A stretch of DNA of 64,000 nt, taken from NCBI RefSeq assembly GCF_036321535.1, contig NC_087437.1:7874001-7938000 (forward strand), given 5' to 3'. The DNA comes from Camelus dromedarius (taxonomy: Eukaryota). Numbering within the stretch: position 1 is the stretch's first letter; the number at the start of each line of letters is the position of its first letter. A model generated the notes under the pieces. That model had not been told where the DNA came from. It made no database searches and worked only from the letters and a program-made list of their open reading frames with translations. This document shows, piece by piece, positions 26,958 through 39,057 of the stretch. Both the position numbers and the translations under genes were made by a program.

Positions 26958-29470
26958 GTGAATATGGCCAAGGAAAGATATTTCAGCCACAGGAAAATAC
27001 CCATTTATTCTGAAAGCTGTTTATCAACAATATGTCTATTAACATACTGCCCAGTTCCAGATTTTCCTTTAATACAAACCTTTTTTGTTGTAGTCCCATT
27101 CACATAATTTGCTGTGAAGAGATTTTACTGTGCTTAATCAGTCTCCTGATTTTTTTTTTTTAAGAGATGGCGCTGTTTGCTTATTTGATGTTGAATTACC
27201 ATTTCAGACAACTTTCACACGAGGCTAATTTTTGTATCATCTGTGCTCCTCACTCATTCTCACCACATTAGCAAAACTTTCTCAACTCTTAATGTCTCCT
27301 TTTCCATATGGTAATACACTGTAATAGAAACAGCACCAAACCTAGAAGGCTCGAATTCCAGATCAAAGACTGTCATTCACGAAATAAGCGACTTTAAAAT
27401 GTCATTTAACCTCTGGGCTTTAATGTCCCCATTTTACAGGTGAAGAAATAATCATGTATCCTGCTGATTGTAGTGTTTCTATAGAATCAATAGGGAAAAT
27501 GTACCTAAAAGCATGTTATGTTACACATTTACTCAAGTATTTGTTGAAAAATGTAATTGTTGGTGTGCCTAAAATACAAAGTTGTCCTTCAAACATTATG
27601 TCTTCATTCAGTGCTAATAATTCACCAGATGAGCCCTGGTGAATTTGATACAGGCATTAAGCTTCAACAACCTACAGGAATGAATGGTTAATATATCCTT
27701 CAAGGATCTCATCTAGCATCAGCCTTCTGAAATTCTGAGAGAAGAGCTAATCAACTCAAGATAGACCCCCTGGGTGAATGTCCGCTGTGCTGAGATCCAG
27801 AGACTGACTGGTGTCACCCGTGTGCTTTAGAATTGAGGCTTGGCAGGTTATGAAATTGACAACCTGCAGTGAACATTTTAAAACTCAGAGACTCTTTCTC
27901 GGATTCACCGTTTCACTTCTTAAGTGTGAGTCTCAGGGGTATCTTTTTGTCGCCAAAAGTTTTAGATCTGCTGAAAAGCCTGGGCAGAAGTATTCGATCT
28001 AGTCCCTCGAGTTCCATGCAAGCAGCAAAGCAGAAATAGTTCTGGCCTGGCAATTTCAAGGCAGGTGTTACCAGTTGGTTGCCTGAACCAGGAAAAAAAA
28101 CCTCCTTCTGGCCGTTTTTAAATGCCTGATTTGAGCGGCACTACCTCCTGATGGGCCTGCCAGGGAGAATTAGCTTCAGAATGTACTTACAAGGAAATGG
28201 ACTGAATCAAGTTACTGGACAAATTAGGAGTGTGTACTTAAATATTGAAAAATGTCTGCCCAAAACTGTAATCTCGGTTTTGGCGTCATTGAAGTTGGAC
28301 TGCCCTTTTGTTTTGTTTTGTTTTGTTTTCTGATGGTATTTAGCCAGTGAGTTCAGCTGCTTATATTGGAGTTCATGATTCACGATAATAAAATCCAGGC
28401 ATAGGAAATCCTTTATAAAATATAATCTTATAGCAATGAAGGCAAAATATTACAATACGTGTTAGTGTTATGAATCTAACCAGAGACTAGAAAATGTGTG
28501 CGATTCCTGCTTTCTGAAAGATAGGTTTTCCTCACTTTCAAGTATATAAATACCCCAGAAAAGCTGGATTTCAGTCAAATTCAATCTTCTGGTGGTCTTC
28601 CGTGGTTAAAAATGTGATGCGGTTGTTAGGAAAGTAAGTCCTCCTGTGAATTATAATATTGGTTTTAAGTGTAAAAGGAATAATGCAAACTCTTCAGTGG
28701 TTCTTGAGAGTTTGAGGGTCATGTCTCTGAAAATCTTACGAACACTAAACATCTCACGTAGAAAATGAATAAAGCACTTACCGCACAGAGTTCTAATTCC
28801 ACGGGGGCTCCAGTTCCCTGATGGACCCCGGCACTCCCAGCTTCCCCACCATGCTTACCTGTATGGACCCTCCTTGAAGATCTTATCTCTAAGCTCATTT
28901 TGCAGCTTCTCCTTTTCCTGTAGACATTCTCCGTAGCAACTCTGGTGTGAGGTCGTGTTTACCACCCTCACCATCCCATGAAGGCCAGTGTGTTTCTGAA
29001 GAAGCATAGATCTTGGCCAGAAGTGACAGACAGAAGCAAGAGCTGTCATTTGCTGGGTATCTGCTCTGGCAGGCAGCGTGCTGAGTGCTTTATGAACAGT
29101 GCTCACCACCCTGCGTTGTTTTAAGGTATTTGGGATGGTTGGTGTGCATCACTAACTCAGGAAGCAAAAGATGCCGTCTGTATTTAAGAGATATAAGAGA
29201 TGATGAACCTCTGTCTCTAATTTTGGTCCCAGAACCCCAAAATCGCCAGGTAAGAATGCCAGGCTATTCATGTCTTTCTAGGTTCCCTCCGAATGAGGGT
29301 GGCTTGAGATCGGGTACCCAGCCTCCCCGTTCCGCCTGTGGGCTTGGCTGGAGTTGGAGGTGGAGCAGCCTTCCAGACCTTCTTACTGAGAAATCTCACG
29401 CCCCTTCCTGCTCTGAAATCACTACCAGGCTCCTCTGATGATTGCCTTTTGCTTTGCTTTGTCCACGCAG

Positions 29471-30157
29471 GTAACGAGCCTGACTCAGGAGGTCTCCCAG
29501 TTAGGTAAAGACATGAGAACTGTGATGCAACTTCTAGAACACGTTCTGTCCCCCCAGCAGCCCTCTCGGCTCTGCTCCCTGCACACCACCTCCATGTGTC
29601 CCTCCAGGGACAGCTTCCAGACCAGGACGACCTGGAGTGCGCACCAGCCCTGCCTACACTTGCAGGCAGGTGGTGCTGCTTATTCCCAAACACAGCTTTG
29701 TCACGGGAACGTCACCTCGGACATATGGAGTGTGGATCCCTCCTCTGTGGGGAGCAGCCCCCGGCGAACTGGAGCTCCCGAGCGAAATCCTGCAGACGCT
29801 GAACCGTTTTATTCACCTGCCCACCACCAGGTTGTCCAGGAAGGTCATTTGCAGTTTCTAAGGTGCATCTCTCCACAGTCAGATACCACCCTGACGCCCC
29901 TGCAGTCCATCTCGGCGACGCTCTCGTCCTCTGTCTGCTCCTCCTCCGAAACATCTTTGCACCTGGTTCTCCCCAGCAGATCGGAGGAGGGCAGCTTGGG
30001 CCAGGGAGCAGTGAGTTCCTTCAGTCTGGAGAACTTGCCAGGATCTTGGGAGCGGGGACGAAGGGCCTCAGTCTCTCCTGACCCCTTGGAGAACTTTCCA
30101 CTGGAAGTTGTCACCAGCACAGCAGAAGCGAAGGACAAGAAAGCCATAAATGTATGA
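29471..30157 (+). CDS. KCNH8: KCNH8 terminal coding exon
   Basis: Polypyrimidine tract + ccacgcag acceptor, then open frame [16 protein letters not shown]...LQFLRCISP...KAINV-TGA, the recognisable KCNH8 C-terminus. Phase 0 matches the previous exon across a 25.4 kb intron. Confidence 0.97.
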   Translation, partial: VTSLTQEVSQLGKDMRTVMQLLEHVLSPQQPSRLCSLHTTSMCPSRDSFQTRTTWSAHQPCLHLQAGGAAYSQTQLCHGNVTSDIWSVDPSSVGSSPRRTGAPERNPADAEPFYSPAHHQVVQEGHLQFLRCISPQSDTTLTPLQSISATLSSSVCSSSETSLHLVLPSRSEEGSLGQGAVSSFSLENLPGSWERGRRASVSPDPLENFPLEVVTSTAEAKDKKAINV

Positions 30158-31670
30158 CACTCGTGCCTGTTTCAGCCCCTCCCCGCAGGACAGCTCTGGT
30201 TTGCCTTCCTCACCCCCAGCAGCGTGAAGGCTGGGTGATGCTGGGGGTCCCGAGGAAGAGAGCACGAGGGGCCGGCAAAGGCAGAACCACCTTCATGCTG
30301 CAGCAGACACGCCCTGGGTCCTAGAAACGAAGTAGGAACATTTTCCTGTACAGATATTAACTTACTGGTCTGTTTGACAGACTTGGGTAAAAGTCCAAAG
30401 ACCCTGCGGGTCTGAGCGGCTCGGAGTCCCAGACAAAGAATTTGTGGATTGGTTTTGTCCTAGGTGGCTTTTGTGAAATGCAGCAGAGGTTTTTCCTGAG
30501 TGCCTGTGTGTCACTCCTGAACAATACCCACCGCACTGCGGGCCTCGGGAGCGCACAGCTCCCGCTGATCTATTTTTGAAATATAGAAGGCCAAGGGACA
30601 ATTATCACTGCATGTCATCTCCTAGACAATCAGTCACATAGAGCCAGTGGCCGGTGGTTAGCTAGTGCACGTTATTTGCCATGTAAAAAATGAATGTCTT
30701 TATTTATCAAAAAAAAAAGCTATTTTTATATCCTTCGTATGAAATACGTATTTAAACTATTTAAAATATTTATAAAGAAATGAATGTTTTCATTTTGGTA
30801 AAAAAAAAAAGCTTGCCGTTTTAACAAGAAATGCACTCTTGTTATGTATAATAGATCAAAAATTATTTATTATTAAGAGGATGTAGTTTCAAAAGGAATC
30901 CCCCTTTTATCTGCATGCAGTTTGCAACAAATGTATCATCACGCTTCTGGATTACAAAAGACCGAGGTCAGATTTTATTAATGAAATAAAAACACGGACT
31001 GAGCGTCCGGCGTGAGGGTAGGGAGGGTTCCGCCTGGGCTCTGCTGACTCACAGAGCAGCCTGCATTGAGCCTGCCCCAGCTGGGCCGGCAGCCGTCTTA
31101 CTCTGTGCTTCTGGTCCAGGGAACATGAGATCACAATTACATTGAGCTATTATTTGGGCTTCAAATTAAGGGAGAAAACCTTGGGTGTATCCTTCCTCTC
31201 TGCCATTCTTTCAGAAGAGCTCGAGGAGACCCGTGAAAAATTCCAAAATGGAGCTAAGACTTCTGAGCTATGGCTTGGGAGGGTGATGCCAGCTCGCTTT
31301 GGATCAGCACTTTTAATTTTTTTCTTTAAAGCTCTCAACCAGGCTGTAAGTTACGCAGAGCCGGTGTTTTCATTCTCATCTTGCAGAGAAAAAAAAAAAA
31401 AAAAAAACGTAAGCCCCAGAGATTACACAGCTAGGATGCTGGAGACAGTCTAGAACCCAGACTGCTTCCTCCATGTCAACCAACGGCAAATTCAGATGCT
31501 GGCGTGAGAATAATTTAAACGCCTTCGTTAAAGTTTTATTTTATGTGGAAGAATGTTTAGGGCCTCATCATCCCAGATATTCTTAGAAAACATATTGAAT
31601 TCACATTCTGGAATCATTTCCCACCACAAAAAATAAACAATTTGAAAATTGTATCATTAAATCCTCTACA
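30158..31670 (+). other. KCNH8: Probable KCNH8 3' UTR
   Basis: Non-repetitive sequence after the stop, with an AU-rich block at ~30680-30900. Candidate poly(A) signals: AATAAA 30985-30990, AATAAA 31632-31637, ATTAAA 31656-31661. The true end cannot be determined from sequence. Confidence 0.6.
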
Positions 31671-31672
31671 CA

Positions 31673-31790
31673 GCGGGTGGGGGTGGGAGTAAAGCTCAGT
31701 GGTAGAGCGCGTGCTTGGCGTGCACGGGGCCCTGGGTTCAATCCCCAGTGCCTCTGCTGAGGGCAAAATAAATAAATAAAAGTTATGAAA
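31673..31790 (+). mobile_element. tRNA-Ala-derived SINE (vic-1-like)
   Basis: agctcagtggtagagcgcgtgc...ggttcaatcccc, (AAAT)n tail, tctacaca repeated on both sides. Confidence 0.88.
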
Positions 31791-33543
31791 GACATCTACA
31801 CAAAGCAAGACTTCTGGTGTGTGAATCTTATACCCTAAAATTGGCTAGAGTAGCGGAAAGGCTACAAACCTTCTCCAAGAAAAATGGAAACAGTACATCA
31901 CTTAAGACTCCATGTCTTCTACCCCAACCCCACCTCCAAAACTCAAGTCTCTCCCTGCCTAAGTGGACGGGAAAACTGAGGCAAAGGCAACATGCTGGAT
32001 TTAATGTATTTATTTGTATTGGCAGTTGCTTATCCTGACCTATGTCATCATTTTAAGGGCCATTCAGATAGAACTAAGTGTTGTTGGTTCATGATTATCC
32101 CCGAGGTTGCTTCACTATTTGACAAGAATATTGTTTTCCGGAAGGGCTCTGTATTTGGTGTGGCGTTAGCGGAATGCTTGCATCAGAATCACACGGAGTT
32201 AGTTCTTTAACATGTGGAAAATCTGGCTTCAGCCCAGTCCCTTTGGATGGCATCTGGGGATCTACCACTTGGTAAACTCCCTGGGTGACATATACGTTAA
32301 AGACTGGGAAATACTGCTCTGGATAGAATCTAGAGCATCACAAGATTGAGTCCTAGCTATGTCACACCTGGGTTGGCTGGCATCTAAATTATATTTAAGA
32401 CAACGCTGGGTCTATAATTGCATAATAGGCCTGGTTAACCCTATATAGTAGTTCTCTTATTTTAGTTTGAATAACAGGGGCTCTTATTAAAATAGATTTC
32501 GAGGCCCTGACACCTAAGACGTGGGCTGGGTCCCCAGTGATTCTGATACAGCTGCTCCAGAGGAAAAAAAACTCTAGACACATGGCCGTAAGAAGTGTAA
32601 TCATCTCCATAAGGAAGAGTTGGTTCTGCAGGAGACAGACTGACTAGAATCAAACCAATTTCAACTGAAAATTGCATGCAATACTGTTTCCACACGGTTC
32701 CTGATGCGTCCGTGATTTTTTTTGTGAAAGTGGTGGATCACGTCCTGCAAGACAACTTTGAACATTCACTCGCTACTCCAGCTCTAACGGTTGAGTGCCA
32801 ACTACGGGTCACGCACGAGGACCACTTGATTTGTTGTGGGTCTCTGGGTTTCATTTGGATTTTCTAGAAGGGAGAAAGTGAAAATGCCCTTTGAAGTCTG
32901 ATAAATGGGTCAGTTCTACCCGGATTGGGAGGAATCGTGTTTTGGATGTGATGTAAACCAAGTGTTTGGTGAGAGAATGACAGTGCTGGGGGTGGCCCCT
33001 GTGTGGAGTGGACCTGCCCCTGTCAGGATTATTTTATCCAGAGCACTGGAAATAGCTTGCTCCAAACAGTTCTTGCAAAGGCTGCTTTGTCTCACAAAGG
33101 GGGACAGTTCATTGTCTAAGGTCATCCTTATCAGACATCGCCTTTATCCTAGAATTTGTAATTCTCCAAATGTCGTCTTCCTCAGATCACCACCACCCCT
33201 ACACAGAGAGCCTCAGTTCATGTACAGCCTCAGTGAAGGGCTGTTCCAGAGGCTTCCTTTGCCCCATTTGTTCATTGTCTCCAATGACAAACGCCCAAAA
33301 TAAATAGGATGCTGAGGAAGGAGGAGTTTTGGCGGAACACAAGTGAGGGTTTGCTGCCAACCATTTTTAACTTGCTCTGGGACCTCAGTCAAGTTGTTTT
33401 TAACACTTCTGAGTCTCCATTTCTCCATCTGAATATATAGGATTAAGCTACATCTAACTTGCAGAGTCTTTGTGAAGATTTAATGAAGTAATTTATGTGA
33501 ACGCACACTGCCTGACATATAATAAATGCTAAGCAAATGTCAG

Positions 33544-33663
33544 CTCTCTCCCCTGGCTCCCTCCTCTCTCCCCTCCTCCTCCCACCCTGCCCTTCCTGAT
33601 TCTTCCACCTCCCCGCCTTCTCCCCAACCCTCTTCCCTCCTCCCCTCCTCCTCCCTCTCCCCC
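33544..33663. repeat. C/T-rich low-complexity tract
   Basis: About 120 nt almost entirely pyrimidine, with many CCC runs. Confidence 0.85.
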
Positions 33664-33927
33664 AGGTGCCCCAGGCTAACTTCCGGAAAATGCGCCCCTT
33701 TGACATCCTCTCTGCGTAGGTCACAGTCAAGCCTTTATACTATGTCCCCTACAATCTACTTCTCACATATTAACAATCATGTCAGCATTGACCTTGAAAA
33801 AAAAGTCATTGAGGAGGTACCAGGTAAAAAATATGCTCTCTGCTCCCAGCCGTCCTGGCCCCAATCTGTGTGGCTTCTGATTTCTTTATCTGAATTTTAG
33901 TAATTAAAGCCCTTTTTAAAAACTCTT

Positions 33928-34064
33928 GGGGGGAGGGTGTAGCTCAGTGGTAGAGCGCACGCCTAGCGTGTACGAGGCCCTGGGTTCAATCCCCAGCACC
34001 TCCCTTAAAAAAAAAATAAATAAAAAACCTAATTATACCCCCCACAAATTTTTTTAAAATAAAC
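33928..34064 (+). mobile_element. tRNA-Ala-derived SINE (vic-1-like), young
   Basis: Intact A box tagctcagtgg and B box ggttcaatccc, CpGs retained, 14-bp TSD ttttaaaaactctt (33914-33927 / 34065-34078). Confidence 0.93.
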
Positions 34065-35479
34065 TTTTAAAAACTCTTTACAGTTTCAGAAAGATCCAGG
34101 AAGTACATTCCCTCGTGAAAATACTACATAAAACGTGTACTTTTTTCTTTTTTGCCCATAAAGATTCTCTATGGAAATTCGTGATTGCTTCAGAAATCAC
34201 ACACACATGCACGCCGGGCCCACCAGCCCCACCAGCCCCGGCTGCAGAAGACCTGGGCTCTGCCAGCCACAAGCCTCAGAACTTTCTAGCAAGCGGTCTT
34301 GCTCTCTTCCCAGAGCTCCTCGGCTGGAAGCAGAGATGATGAAATGTCGGCCACGTCACACGGAAGCCTTCAGAGCCTCCCCTGGGTTTCCCGTGGAGAG
34401 AGCAGGTCCCACCAGAGGGACTAAGCTAAATGTCACTCCCTGCAGATTGTGTCCTGAAAGAAGCGGCTCCTCGGGGCGTGTCACTCAACAGCGCCCTGAA
34501 TAAAGAGCTCACAAAAGACCTGAGGACAGCCCAGTGAGGCAAGGACGGCGCATCTGCACCTGTGGTTCCAGGGAATTCGATAGCTATACGTTCTAGGGGT
34601 AAAAAACAGGCTGGGCAGATAGAACCATGCCTTGGACTCTCTCCTCCTGCCTCAGGTTTTCCCCTATGGAGAGAGAAGGCTGGGAATGAGATGGAAGGTA
34701 ATACTGAACTGAAGGCTTTGATTTTTAGATTTGGGGTTTTTGGTTTTCGTTTTTTTTTTTTTTTTTTTTTTTTTTTGCAGTTGACTTGATAGAAATAGAA
34801 CATATATATGTGATACATTTGAATACAACAGAAAATAAAATGGGAAGAAGTGAGACTTAAAAGTGTTTATCTGTGCTTTTCATTTTAGCAAGAAACCAGT
34901 ATACTCCCTTCAAGGAACCACGCTCACTTAAGAATTCCCTGTGGGGTAAAGACTACACATACCATCCCTTTGGTACGCTTGCTCTCAGTGAATATTCTAC
35001 CAGGGCCAAGTCCCCCAAACTCCAGCAGGCACTTTCTTCTTCACAATGGTTAACTGGTCCCGAGGAAGAATTATCTTTCAACTCGGTGTGAGGGTTGTGT
35101 GAACCGCAGCTGAGGAAGGGGCTCAAACTCAGCCTCATCTCTCGGGGGGAATACCAGGCCCCCGGAGGGGCTGCAGCTCTGTGGCCCACACTCTGAGCGT
35201 CTTTGGGGTCCCTTACTGTAATGAGCAGTGATGTCCGGAGGCCCCCAGGTGGAAATGTAGATTTCGGAAAGTCACCATGGTAACCCATTGCCCAAAATGA
35301 GTCCTGATGTTCCTCTTGCTCTAATCAGATAAACTAGAATAAAATCAAACTGTCATCTCTGGCTTCTAGTACCGAAAAGATATTTGAGCCCTAGCTCTGG
35401 TTCATGTAGTATATTTTCTGGCTAATTTACACAAAGACCACATCCCCAGAACAAGGATAAAGGAGACAGCTTTTGCGAC

Positions 35480-36000
35480 GCTTGGTTCTCAAAATGTGAT
35501 CTGTGGAGCAGCTGCGGCAGCTTCATCCTGAGAGCTGATCAAAAATGCAAATTTTGGACCCCGTCCCAGAGCTACTGAATAGCACCTGCATTTTAACAGG
35601 ATCTCCAGGAATACATGTTACAGTGTTTTAGAAACACTGGGGAAAACACTAGTTCTTGACTCTGGCTTACCCATGGGAATCACCTGTGCAGCTTTGACAA
35701 GTCAGATTCCTGGCCCTGATCTCAAAGATGTTGCTTCAGTTTGAGTGGGAGCCAAGCATCAGTAATAGTTAAAACTCCCCCAGGTGACTCCAATATGCAC
35801 CCAGGATTGAAAACACACTCCTCTAGAACAGCGCTTCTCAAAATGTGGTCCCTTGATTGGAAAAAAACAGCAGGCTCACCGGGAACTAGTTAGAAATGCA
35901 AATACTCAGGCCCCACCCCAGGCGTACAGAAACCCGGAGGGCGGGTCCGGCGATCTGTGATGGTTCTGGCGCTGCTGACGTTTGAGATTCCTGCTCTAGC
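35480..36000. mobile_element. Cluster of three MER5-type MITEs
   Basis: Three successive units with ttctcaaaatgtg, aaatgcaaat..ggcccc, and ccccaggtgactc motifs. Confidence 0.7.
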
Positions 36001-36476
36001 CTGCAGGACAAAGAAACCAGCATGGGCTGAAGAAGGTCTCAAGCAAGTGGGAGTTTATCCGTAATAATATGTGATTCTCTGTTAGATGTTTAATAAGATG
36101 TGTAGCAATGTCAACCTTCTTCTAGGAAACTCAACATTTTCTGTCTATTTCAGATATTCCTCTGTGTTTTAAAACCGTACGGCTAGACGAACAGACCACT
36201 TTCTAATTAGAAGAGGTTCCCTCCATCGCCATCTTTTCTATTGCCAGTTTAGCCCCATGATACCCTTGCGAAAGGTTTATAACCAGGATGGCATCGGTGC
36301 ACGTCAGCCTCATCAGGCTGGCTTGGGGACCGAGCGCTGCTTCATTAGGGGCGTGGCCTGGGAGAGAAGCTTCCCCCCAGGGCTACGTGCAGCACGGTGC
36401 GCTCCGAGGACAGCCGACCCAGCGTCTTCCCCAGTGTTAGTTACAGAGGCTGTTACATACGAAGTAGAAATCAAGG

Positions 36477-37033
36477 TGTTACTGGAAGGAGGAGAATAAA
36501 AGTTACCTTGGCTCTAAGTCACCAGAAAAAAAGAATTTCTAATGGGAGACAGAGCGTGATAGACACAGAAGATTTTATCAGTGAAGTAAATGTAGTAAAA
36601 CATAGTACACCCCCGAGAATTTGGGGGCGGGCCGACCCAAGAGAGGGAAAATGCTGTGGCTGCTTGTTCCTCCTGTTTTATGTCTTGGCTTAGGGGGCAT
36701 TTTTGTGATTGATTGACAGCTCACATTCCTTGTGCTCAGGCACACTCGTCCCTTTCATGCATGTTCTTACCCGTGATGCACACAGAGAAAACCTACAGGA
36801 GGGGCTCAAACTGCAATGTTAATTACATTATAATGAGCGCTGGGTCAAGTTAAACCAGGTCCTCCTCTCCACTGCGCAGCCGCAGCGTTTGATCCTAGCC
36901 TGCTTCTTTGCTGTCCCTCATTTAGACAAAGTAAGTTTTTGAAGTGCCTTATCCTAAGCACAGGTGCACTGTTATTTTCTGGGTTACTTCCTCCCCCCTT
37001 GCCTGGTGCTCCTGTCTATCTAACTGCCTAACA
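36477..37033 (-). mobile_element. Solo ERV1-type LTR
   Basis: 557 bp, TGTTA...TAACA inverted termini, perfect 4-bp TSD AAGG (36473-36476 / 37034-37037); strand is tentative. Confidence 0.85.
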
Positions 37034-37158
37034 AAGGCTTCATATTTCCACACAGAACCAGCTGCATATAGAAGCCGTAAGAGCCACTTTATGCTGCTTT
37101 GATCACATTCACTGAAAAATAACTAATAACCTATAATCTGACTATGGAGAGGCAGTGA

Positions 37159-37663
37159 TTTTACCGAGTCCAAGCTCATACTGCTCACTGCATGACAGGC
37201 CAATAAATGGAGAAAAGAGTTGTTGGGACTCAAGGAATAGCAACTGTATTTGGAAAGCCAGCAGACCGAGAAGATGGGGCACTAGTGTCCCAAAGAACCA
37301 TCGTGCCTGAGTTAGAATTCATGCTGCTTTTATACTAAAAGGGGAGGGAGTAAAGGCAAACATTTCCAGGTTCTGGTCAGCCTCCGAAGGGGAGGTGCTA
37401 ATTTTTCTTCTTGCCTGCAGTCATTCACAGGTGGGCCTGGTCAGGATGTTTCCTATGAGCTAAAAAAGAAAAAGAAAAAAGGAGTTTAGCTTAATGCTCA
37501 TTACCTGGGAGGCAGGGTTCCCAGAGATGGGCTATTATGTGTAATTTAAGCTTATAGGCAGTGTCCTTTTGTTGATTAACTTACAGCTAAAGCAATAGAA
37601 GATGAAGGTTAAAGTGAAAGAAACAGATCCAACATGGAGTCAGATTTGTTCTTCCCTGTTACA
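37159..37663 (-). mobile_element. Solo ERV1-type LTR
   Basis: Ends atggagtcagatttgttcttccctgttaca; homologous to 24978-25457. Confidence 0.8.
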
Positions 37664-38044
37664 GAACCCGCTGGCAGTCAACAATCATGTACAAAACAAC
37701 GAGAACACAAAGTTTTCTGTAATCAGAAACTTTCTATATTTATTCTCATGATGCCTATGTAACTGCTTCGGGAGACCTTTACAGAGATTCACTTTTAAGC
37801 AATTTAATTTTTATATATGGGGCACCTGTATTCTAGGGTTTATGTGTGTAGACTAACAGTTCTGAAATTTATTTAATATCTTTATAGAGATAAATGCTGA
37901 AGTAAACGTAAATAATGAGACTTGAGATGAGTTTTTAACTTCGCTCTGTGACCGTTTGACTTTGGACAAGACATATTCTCGGACTCTTCAGCCCTCCTCT
38001 CTGAGATGTGAAGTATTCATTTGAGTACTAGGAGCCTGTCCTGA

Positions 38045-38468
38045 TATATTAAAAAGTGATAGTGAAATAGTTTATTTGGGGGATGACTTCAGGAAATACC
38101 AGTAGGGGAGTGGGGAGGTAAGACAAGGAGAGAAAGGAAGCCCATAAAAGACGTGTTATTGAGCAGACAATCACAGTGAGCAGCTGAGTTTCAATACCCC
38201 AGAGGAGCTTTGGGAGATGTTGTAAATGTGGCCATGACTTGCCCCATCAGAGGAGGGAGAAGCCGGTACCTTTATCCTCAAAAATCTCACCTGTCATGGG
38301 CTGAGGGACGCTCCCAGATGTGCTATCTCCATAGCACGCCCAGCTTGCCTCAAGCAAAGACAAAGCCTTAGCATCGAGTCACAGGTGCTTACAGCAGGAC
38401 TCCCGGGGCTTGGAGCAGAGCGGTGTGCACACAGCAGATACGGGCAGGGCACCAGGAGCACCTGCTAC
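38045..38468. mobile_element. Old MaLR LTR (MLT1-type)
   Basis: gtttatttgggggatgacttcaggaaatacc...ggcagggcaccaggagcacctgctac. Confidence 0.6.
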
Positions 38469-38476
38469 CTGAAGTA

Positions 38477-39057
38477 TGTATCAGGTCCAGTCAAAAGACA
38501 GAAAACAGTGATTGGAACAGGAAATGTTTAGTATAAAAAATTAGTAATTATTTAGCATGTTAAAGAGCACCCCCGAGGGTGGAGGGAGACTCGCCTAGGA
38601 GGGAACAACTTTGGAAACAGCATTCCCAAAGATAGTCTCTGGACTTGGTTGGAAAAGGTGCAGACGGAGACCACTGAAAGCAGAGAGGTCTGCTGGGTTG
38701 CCGGGATCAGAAATGGCCACCGTCACTGGACTGAGGCTGGAGGGCAATGAAATGCAGGCAGGGCAAACAGAGAGCCTCCTGCTGGGGTGCAGGGGGGACC
38801 AAGGCTGGCATCAGAAGTGGCAACTGAAGGTGAGTGTCCCTGGGTGTCCAGCACACTACTGGTCACCGTGTACTGCAGGAGCCCCCCAAGAAGCAGCCCA
38901 CGGAACCAGGAGGAAAAGCCCCCTTTTTCTGCAGTGTCTCCAGCGCCCCCTACTGCCATAGGGGAAACACTTACAGGAGTCAGTCCAGCGCATCTGTAAT
39001 GGCCGTGAGCAGGCAGAGAGGGGTGGATTTCCAGGTGAAAGGCGATCGTCTCACACA
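38477..39057. mobile_element. Old ERVL-type LTR
   Basis: TG...CA-bounded GC-richer block ending cagagaggggtggatttccaggtgaaaggcgat...caca; family uncertain. Confidence 0.45.

Noticed and set aside
29438..29470. ATG-initiated 239-aa single-exon ORF
   Set aside because: The first 11 codons are the intron's polypyrimidine tract and acceptor; the real exon starts at 29471.
33928..34003. tRNA-Ala gene look-alike (also at 5259, 19160, 21555, 31675)
   Set aside because: The anticodon stem is mispaired and each copy has an A-rich tail and TSD, so these are SINEs, not tRNA genes.
24978..37663. Two LTRs as the ends of one 12.7-kb provirus
   Set aside because: The interior is host exon/UTR with no gag/pol, the LTR middles differ, and the first LTR has its own TSD.
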